Shown here piece by piece: positions 58,101 to 64,000 of a stretch of 64,000 nucleotides of DNA; the first letter of the stretch is position 1, and each line of letters opens with the position of its first letter. Location: the NCBI GenBank assembly GCA_019894715.1, contig JAGXOA010000259.1:225-64224 (forward strand), written 5' to 3'. A program made the translations under genes and the position numbers. The notes beneath the pieces are model-generated. The model worked only from the letters and a program-made list of their open reading frames with translations, searched no databases and was not told where the DNA came from. The stretch is from Promethearchaeota archaeon (lineage in GTDB: Archaea > Asgardarchaeota > Lokiarchaeia > Sigyniarchaeales > SOKP01).

Positions 58101-59378
58101 ATTAATTTATTATATATTGATATGACCAATTCTGGAATATCAGGAGATTTATTTCTAGCAAGTTTGCTAGATTTAGTATCTAATTCAGAAGATATTTTAA
58201 AAAACTTAATGGCTTTAAAGAATTATTTATCTGGCATTTCTACTTTAGAGATTAAATTAGTCAAGATTAAAAGAAATGATATAGTTGTTAATCAATTAAA
58301 AATTGATTTAAACGAGAAAAAACACCATAGAACAGTAGATGAACTTAGAACGAGTTTAAACAAATTTCTAAATGAAAATTTCTATTCTGTAACTGCCAAT
58401 AATTTTGCAAACAATGTTCTTAATTCTTTAATTACGGCAGAAGCAAATGTCCATGAAAAGCTAGAGAATAAAATACATTTACATGAATTAAGTTCTGTTG
58501 ATACTCTAATTGATATATTAGGTGTTACTAAATGTTTAGACATATTAGGTGTCTTTAAAGAGGATTTTAAATTATTTTGCAGTGTATTACCCGTTGGAGG
58601 GGGTATGATTAAAAGTGCTCACGGATTAATACCAGTCCCGGCTCCAGCAACAGTTAAAATTTTAGAGAAGTCCAATTTAAAAATAACTCTTGGACCTATA
58701 GATGAAGAATTAAGCACTCCAACAGGTGTAGCCTTATTAGCGAACCTAAATCCAATCATAAAAAAGCCATCATTCTCTTTGGAAAAAATGGTAAATAGTG
58801 TAGGACAAAAGAAATTCAAATCATTTATAAACATATTAAGAATATACATGGGAGAAATTAAAGAAAAGAGTGATTCTAATATATCTTCATTATTATATAA
58901 ATACAACGAGACAGTTTCCATCATTGAGACTGATGTGGACGATATTTCAGGTGAGATTATTGGAGATTTCATACATAGGCTAGAAAAGGATAAAATCTTA
59001 GACATACAAGTAATCCAGACAATAACAAAGAAGAATCGACCTGGATTTATAATAAAAATAATTACTGATTCAAATTCTAAATTTAATATTATTGAGAAAT
59101 TGATAAATAATTTAGGAACTCTTGGAGTTAGATATTATGATGTAAATAGAATATGTATCGAAAGAAAAATTAGCACTCTTGAAATAAATATAGATAATAA
59201 AAACTATTCAGTGCACTATAAACTTTCATACTATATGGTTGAGAATGAGAAGAAAATTGTTAATATTAAGCCAGAATATAATGATCTTAGGGAAATAAGT
59301 AAAGAAACGGGTTATACGATAAGAAAATTGCAATCTCTTATACAAATTAAACTCCATAAGATTTTAAATTCTAATTAA
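58101..59378 (+). CDS. larC: LarC (DUF111) nickel-insertion protein of nickel-pincer cofactor biosynthesis
   Basis: SGISGDLFLASLLDL N-terminal signature and about 420 aa. The track starts at ATG 58122, but the family-typical LLYID strand lies upstream in frame, after GGAGG (58088..58092) and ATT 58101. The start is uncertain. Confidence 0.8.
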   Translation: MNLLYIDMTNSGISGDLFLASLLDLVSNSEDILKNLMALKNYLSGISTLEIKLVKIKRNDIVVNQLKIDLNEKKHHRTVDELRTSLNKFLNENFYSVTANNFANNVLNSLITAEANVHEKLENKIHLHELSSVDTLIDILGVTKCLDILGVFKEDFKLFCSVLPVGGGMIKSAHGLIPVPAPATVKILEKSNLKITLGPIDEELSTPTGVALLANLNPIIKKPSFSLEKMVNSVGQKKFKSFINILRIYMGEIKEKSDSNISSLLYKYNETVSIIETDVDDISGEIIGDFIHRLEKDKILDIQVIQTITKKNRPGFIIKIITDSNSKFNIIEKLINNLGTLGVRYYDVNRICIERKISTLEINIDNKNYSVHYKLSYYMVENEKKIVNIKPEYNDLREISKETGYTIRKLQSLIQIKLHKILNSN

Positions 59379-59508
59379 ATTTTTATAAAGAAAAAAAAAG
59401 AAAAAAAAAAGAATGTTAGAATAAACTAAATTAGATATTATTGTTTAATACGTTATAACAATTCCAAAGTAGTCATATCCTAACATAAAAACTAGATTAG
59501 TATCTTCT

Positions 59509-60051
59509 TCAGTATTCATCAACATGAAACTTATTCATAATATAATCTTCTTCAACAGCTTCTTTAGAATATTCTTTAAGGGATTTAAGTTTATTTTCGA
59601 TTTTTCTTACATTCTCAATATTGCCTAGTTTTTGATAGATATCCATAGCTTCTTCATATGATTTGAAGCATTCTTCAAAAGCACCACTCACTACTAAATC
59701 TTCAGCAATAAATAGAAGTCCGTCAGCCACTTCTCTTTTCTTACCTAATTGCCTCTGGATTTTTAGAGATAATCTATGATGCTTTAAACTATCAGGATAT
59801 TTCTTAAAGATTGAATAAGTTCTACCCATATCTCTTAATATGAGCGCTTCTTCATCTCTTAATCCTTTCTTCTCACAGAATGTTAGAATATTTTTAAGAA
59901 AGTCAATATATTCCTTATGATCTTTGGTGTGATCTAAATTATGAAGAAATTTTTCATAAGTTTCAAGAGTATTTTTGATATCTTTGCTTTTAAAAAATTC
60001 TTTTGATCTTTTAAAAAGATCTTCACCCATAATTGCGACCATCAGTCTCAA
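59509..60051 (-). CDS. TPR-like helical repeat protein
   Basis: Three to four 34-aa helix-turn-helix-like repeats (ALILRDMGRTYSIFKKYPDSLKHH..., CFKSYEEAMDIYQKLGN). Confidence 0.4.
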   Translation of the reverse strand: MRLMVAIMGEDLFKRSKEFFKSKDIKNTLETYEKFLHNLDHTKDHKEYIDFLKNILTFCEKKGLRDEEALILRDMGRTYSIFKKYPDSLKHHRLSLKIQRQLGKKREVADGLLFIAEDLVVSGAFEECFKSYEEAMDIYQKLGNIENVRKIENKLKSLKEYSKEAVEEDYIMNKFHVDEY

Positions 60052-60405
60052 CTACGATTTTTTTTATAATTTTATAATTTTTTTAAATTTTTATATAAAA
60101 ATAGTACAATATATATTATAATCAATAATATATTTATAGTTATTCTTCTTAAAAAATAGGTTATTTATTGCCCAAAAGGGAGAATATGATTAAGATAAAA
60201 CTGCTTAACCTATAGTAAATTTTCAATCAAATGTTTGTTTTACTAAAATATAATTCAATTTACAGAATATTTAATTATATTGATAATAGAGATTAATAGA
60301 TCTTAATGTTATATTTGGTATTTCATTTTTAATTATATTCAATTTATTGATTTAAAAAAATCTAAAATTCAATTATGAGATTCAATATATATAACTTTTT
60401 TTTTC

Positions 60406-60413
60406 TTTAAATA
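60406..60413 (+). promoter_or_regulatory. TATA box (TTTAAATA) in the tttttttttCTTTAAATATATC motif
   Basis: Conserved motif 52 nt upstream of ATG 60466. Confidence 0.5.
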
Positions 60414-60465
60414 TATCTAAAATATAAATAATTAAATATTGTCAATTATAACAATTTGAGATATT

Positions 60466-61587
60466 ATGCTAAAAAGAAATAATAATTCTTTAGGTTATTT
60501 TTATGTTTATTTTGTTATTCAAATAATTTTTATTTTAGTTCACAGTTATCTTCCAATATATTTTAAAAATGTAATATTTGTGGACAAAAGAACCCTTATT
60601 TTTACGTGGATAATTTCATATTCTTTTCTGCTCGTAAAACCTGCAATTTCATTATATTACAATAAAAGAATTGGGAATTTTCGTATAATTCTTATTACTT
60701 CATCTATAGGTGTTATATTAAGTTTCTTTTTAATCATTTTGACATTGGAGTTATTATTAATATTTGGACTTTTCCTTGGGATTAATTTTGCGTTCTCTTC
60801 TATACTTGATGTTATTGTTGATAAAACTTTGGTAGAAAATTCAGATTCTGAAAAATCAAAAAATAAAAATGCAGCTAGTCTGCAATTTGGAGCTGCTCTT
60901 GGATCTTTAATACCACCTTTCTTTTATTTAATTACTCCCAGTTGGTCAATATATTTTAGTGGAGTATTCATAATAACCATTCCATTGATTTTTATCGTCT
61001 TTTTTATGAACACATCAGTTGAAATTCAAAATAAAGAAGAAATTAAAACAATAAATAGTAATAAAATTATAGGAAAAAAACTCAAATTAATGTGTTTATT
61101 TACATTTCTAATTTATGCAGATAAACTTTATGAAATCCCATTGGAACCTTGGATAACGAATATTGTAGATATATCTATCTTTTCCATATTTTTAATCATT
61201 CTAATTATAATCAATACATTAGGAATTTTAATCGCAGGAATAGTATCCCATAAATATGATAAAAAAAAAATACTTATGATATGCTGTTTGGGAACGGGTA
61301 TCTTGATGATGATTATATCATTTTCAAATATTTATGTGATATTTATCTTATTTTCTATTATCCAAGTTTTTGCTGGTTTTATGTTAATCAATTTAATTTC
61401 ATTAATGATTGACACCAGTAAAAAACAAGTTTTATATTATCAAATTATCGCTTTTTTTTCAATATTAGCAAAGTTAATTTTTGTTCCCTTAGGAGATTAT
61501 CTCTCACTTTTTATACCCGTAGAAACGATAATGTTCATTTCTGGAATCCCATTTGTTATATCTACTTTTGTTGTCTATTATATTTAG
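60466..61587 (+). CDS. polytopic membrane transporter (MFS-like)
   Basis: About 10-12 helices with a central hydrophilic loop. Family uncertain. Confidence 0.45.
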   Translation: MLKRNNNSLGYFYVYFVIQIIFILVHSYLPIYFKNVIFVDKRTLIFTWIISYSFLLVKPAISLYYNKRIGNFRIILITSSIGVILSFFLIILTLELLLIFGLFLGINFAFSSILDVIVDKTLVENSDSEKSKNKNAASLQFGAALGSLIPPFFYLITPSWSIYFSGVFIITIPLIFIVFFMNTSVEIQNKEEIKTINSNKIIGKKLKLMCLFTFLIYADKLYEIPLEPWITNIVDISIFSIFLIILIIINTLGILIAGIVSHKYDKKKILMICCLGTGILMMIISFSNIYVIFILFSIIQVFAGFMLINLISLMIDTSKKQVLYYQIIAFFSILAKLIFVPLGDYLSLFIPVETIMFISGIPFVISTFVVYYI

Positions 61588-61614
61588 TAAGATGAATATT
61601 TTATTGTATTCATT

Positions 61615-62400
61615 TTATAAATCTTTTCTAATCCTATTTGCTATTAAAGATGCTGAGGCCCCAGCTCCAAATCCATTATCAATATTAACAACCACTAATC
61701 CAGGTGAACAAGATTGAAGCATAGTAATCAAGGCACCTTGTCCTTTTTCTCCAAATCCATATCCAGAGGATATTGGAACACCAATCACAGGAACATCAAC
61801 TAAAGCTGCTACTAATCCAGGTAAGGTCCCTTCCATTCCAGCACACACAATAATTACATCTACATTCATTTCAATCATATGGCTCAGTGGTTTGAAGATG
61901 CGATGAAGTCCTGCAATACCTATATCATAACTAGATATAATTTGACACCCCATTACTTTTGTGATAACTTTAGATTCCTCTGCTACAGGGATATCTGAAG
62001 TTCCTGCTGTTATTATCCCTACTATTCCTTTATTTTTCTTAAACTCAAAATCTTTTTCCCTTATTACAATTATTCTACCTATTTCGTTAATATCCGTGTT
62101 ATAAGACTTATCATGTTCGTATTTTTCTTTTATTAATAATAATTGTTTCTCAGTAAATCTTGAAATAATTACAAATTTATTCTCTTCTAAATAAGAATGT
62201 AAAATATTTAGTAATAATTCAGAGTTTTTATTTTGGGCGAAAATAACTTCAGGAATACCTGTACGAGTCTGACGGAAAAGATCTAATTGAGCAAATTCTT
62301 CAACATTTTTAATATAATTGCTTTTTAGAATCCTCTCCGCTTCTTTTATTTTAATTTCATTATTAAGTAATTTTTCTAATATTTCACGAATATTATCCAT
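61615..62400 (-). CDS. larB: LarB (PurE-like) pyridinium-3,5-biscarboxylic acid mononucleotide synthase
   Basis: TGIPEVIFAQNK, VGIITAGTSDIPVAEE and VIIVCAGMEGTLPGLVAALV are PurE-fold motifs, with the LarB-type N-terminal extension. Confidence 0.8.
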   Translation of the reverse strand: MDNIREILEKLLNNEIKIKEAERILKSNYIKNVEEFAQLDLFRQTRTGIPEVIFAQNKNSELLLNILHSYLEENKFVIISRFTEKQLLLIKEKYEHDKSYNTDINEIGRIIVIREKDFEFKKNKGIVGIITAGTSDIPVAEESKVITKVMGCQIISSYDIGIAGLHRIFKPLSHMIEMNVDVIIVCAGMEGTLPGLVAALVDVPVIGVPISSGYGFGEKGQGALITMLQSCSPGLVVVNIDNGFGAGASASLIANRIRKDL

Positions 62401-62507
62401 ATCAATTATTATTTAACCAAATTAGTTAAAATTGAAAGTCATGAGAAACTTTTATTCTTATTGTAATATTTATAAAAATAATAATTATTCTGATGTGATA
62501 ATTGATA

Positions 62508-63725
62508 ATGTTTGATTATGTATCATATAAAGATGTAGAATTAAAAGAAAAGAAGATTCTTATTAGACCAGATATCAATTCAAATATAGATATTGAAAAT
62601 AATAGCATACGGGAGTCACCAAGAATACAATCTTTTGGTAAAGCACTAGAAGAGTTTAAAGAATGTGCTGTAGTTGTCATGGCCCATCAATCTCGTCCTG
62701 GAAAGAATGATTTTACCAGTTTAAAATTACATGCTGAAGAATTAAAGAAATATACTAACATGTCTGTAAAATTCGTTGATGATATTTTTGGAGATAAGGC
62801 AGTCCAAGCTATCAATGATCTTAAAACAGGTGAAGTACTAATTCTTGAAAATGTGAGAATGTGGGATAAAGAAAATAAGACTTATAGTGATTTTTCTGAA
62901 GCAGAAAATTTGGAAATGATCCAAACATTAGCACCATTATTTGATTATGTTATTGCTGATGCTTTTGGTGCGGCCCATAGAGCTCAACCTTCTGTAATAG
63001 GATGGCCAAAAATGATTGCGGGGCCAACAATTCAAAAAGAATTTGAATATATGACAAAACTTTTAGAAAATCCTGAAAAACCAATTGCTATGTTGATTGG
63101 AGGTGCTAAAGCAATTGATAAATTCAATGCAATGAAATTTAACTTTGAAAATGAAAGATTAGATTATGCCTTATGTGCTGGATTAACAGCAATTCTAATA
63201 ATGGAAGCAATTGGAATAAATACAGGAGTGCCAAATAAAAAAGCAATAGAAAAAGATTTAATAAAAGCTAAAAATGATATCATTGCCACCTATCAAAAAT
63301 ATAAAGATAAGATCATTTTACCAAAAGATTTGACTATAGATGATAATGGCATAAGAAAGAATATTGAAATTAATGAATTAGAAAAATACAATGATGTAAC
63401 TGGTGATATTGGCGAAACTACAACTAAAGAATTTACCAATATCATAAATAAATGTAAAACCATAGTAGCTAATGGGCCACCTGGTATTTTTGAAAAAGAA
63501 ATTTTTCGAAAAGGAACAAGAGACATGACCATTGCAATGGCAAATAGTACAAAAGAAAATAACGCGTTAACAATAATAGGAGGAGGAGAATTCGGAACTG
63601 CTGCCGAAATGCTTGGTATTGCAAATAAAATCTCATTTATTTCGACAGGGGGTGGAGCTATGCTAGAAATATTATCTGGTAAAGATGTTCCTCTTGTAAA
63701 AGCTTTACGAGAAAAAAAGCCATAA
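62508..63725 (+). CDS. pgk: phosphoglycerate kinase (archaeal type)
   Basis: ILIRPDINS, HQSRPG and FISTGGGAMLEILSG motifs. ATG 62508 is preferred to the track start TTG 62502. TTTATAAA lies at 62469..62476. Confidence 0.9.
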   Translation: MFDYVSYKDVELKEKKILIRPDINSNIDIENNSIRESPRIQSFGKALEEFKECAVVVMAHQSRPGKNDFTSLKLHAEELKKYTNMSVKFVDDIFGDKAVQAINDLKTGEVLILENVRMWDKENKTYSDFSEAENLEMIQTLAPLFDYVIADAFGAAHRAQPSVIGWPKMIAGPTIQKEFEYMTKLLENPEKPIAMLIGGAKAIDKFNAMKFNFENERLDYALCAGLTAILIMEAIGINTGVPNKKAIEKDLIKAKNDIIATYQKYKDKIILPKDLTIDDNGIRKNIEINELEKYNDVTGDIGETTTKEFTNIINKCKTIVANGPPGIFEKEIFRKGTRDMTIAMANSTKENNALTIIGGGEFGTAAEMLGIANKISFISTGGGAMLEILSGKDVPLVKALREKKP

Positions 63726-63867
63726 TTCCAATTTAAAAATTCTTTTTTTATATTTTTATTTATTTTTCTATTTGACAAAGATAGTGAAAATGAATTTTAA
63801 TAAAATATTTATTATTTAATGCTCTATTTAAAATATCATTATATAGGCTTTATAAAAATAGATCATT

Positions 63868-63941
63868 GGGCCGGTGGTCTAGCTCGGTATGACGCTTGCT
63901 TGACGTGCAAGAGGTCGGGAGTTCAAATCTCCCCCGGCCCA
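63868..63941 (+). tRNA. tRNA-Val (anticodon GAC)
   Basis: Folded by eye. Acceptor GGGCCGG/CCGGCCC, anticodon stem CUUGC/GCAAG with loop UUGACGU, T arm GGGAG-UUCAAAU-CUCCC, discriminator A. No encoded CCA and no intron. Confidence 0.9.
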
Positions 63942-63972
63942 TACACTAATAATAAAATATAAGGTTATAAAA

Positions 63973-64000
63973 ATGCCTGTCAGAATTCGTTGGATATCAA
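63973..64000 (+). CDS. 5' end of an unidentified gene running off the window
   Basis: ATG 63973 (MPVRIRWIS...) with AAGGT upstream. Too short to identify. Confidence 0.25.

Noticed and set aside
698-63778. Track ORFs overlapping stronger genes on the opposite strand or frame: 698..880, 1038..1331, 2703..2894, 4836..5018, 9717..9926, 14108..14320, 18161..18346, 21717..21899, 24346..24540, 25826..26047, 27466..27654, 27740..27925, 32140..32325, 33183..33425, 33748..33999, 35499..35735, 40372..40602, 41890..42243, 43918..44118, 44799..45221, 45780..46094, 47941..48135, 48132..48314, 48733..48972, 50214..50411, 50737..50988, 51609..51818, 58619..59005, 63293..63778.
   Set aside because: Each lies antisense to, or out of frame within, a gene with clear family motifs. 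Their translations are low-complexity (I/L/F/S/K-rich), as expected for shadow ORFs in AT-rich DNA.
63826-63860. TATA-like boxes upstream of tRNA-Val (TTTAAAAT at 63827 and TTTATAAAAATA at 63849).
   Set aside because: Two candidates exist. The proximal one is too close (about 8 nt) to the mature 5' end, so the promoter cannot be assigned without TSS data.
1-64000. CRISPR arrays and rRNA genes.
   Set aside because: No array of regularly spaced 25-40 nt direct repeats was seen. The repeated hairpins are dispersed single copies. No long GC-enriched structured region compatible with 16S, 23S or 5S was seen.

Overview
Visibly AT-rich archaeal chromosomal segment (GC content not computed). It holds about 60 credible protein genes and one tRNA, and has no rRNA genes and no CRISPR array. 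Archaeal hallmarks include Alba, a TFB-like factor, ribosomal proteins S15 and S3Ae, a Sec11-type signal peptidase, archaeal-type PGK, many small zinc-ribbon proteins, and a recurring TTTAAATA TATA box placed about 25 nt upstream of ATG at two genes (leaderless transcripts). Several proteins look like eukaryotic-signature types: longin/TRAPP-Bet5-like, arrestin-N-like, an E1/ThiF-like enzyme, and a histone-fold protein with a Lys-rich tail. Together with the anaerobic acyl-CoA metabolism, this suggests an Asgard-like (Lokiarchaeia-like) host; that is inference only. Functional blocks are: (i) a B12-dependent acyl-CoA mutase island at 21.3-34.5 kb (thiolase, MaoC hydratase, CobA-type adenosyltransferase, CoA-transferase A/B, MeaB, mutase small and large subunits, DUF362, SDR); (ii) a nickel-pincer cofactor cluster (nikR, larC, larB); (iii) a promoter-marked cluster of unknown membrane proteins headed by a helix-hairpin-helix protein (13.9-17.2 kb); (iv) housekeeping genes. 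The main hunt result is a family of non-autonomous IS200/IS605 (IS608-like, TnpB/omega-RNA type) derivatives scattered through the intergenic DNA. It includes two tnpB 3'-end pseudogenes that keep their omega-RNA/right-end modules, about 180-215 bp MITEs, and 45-46 bp single-hairpin mini-elements. One copy sits inside the mutase operon and another abuts a truncated Sir2 gene. No intact tnpA or tnpB lies in the window. Other observations: two genes (ThiF-like, larC) whose conserved N-termini and Shine-Dalgarno motifs point to ATT/ATA initiation; a mutase whose substrate-specificity residues do not match MCM or ICM patterns; a 53-nt hairpin repeat present twice; and an exact 5' tandem duplication in alba. 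All calls come from reading the sequence and the supplied ORF track by eye. No searches or computations were run.
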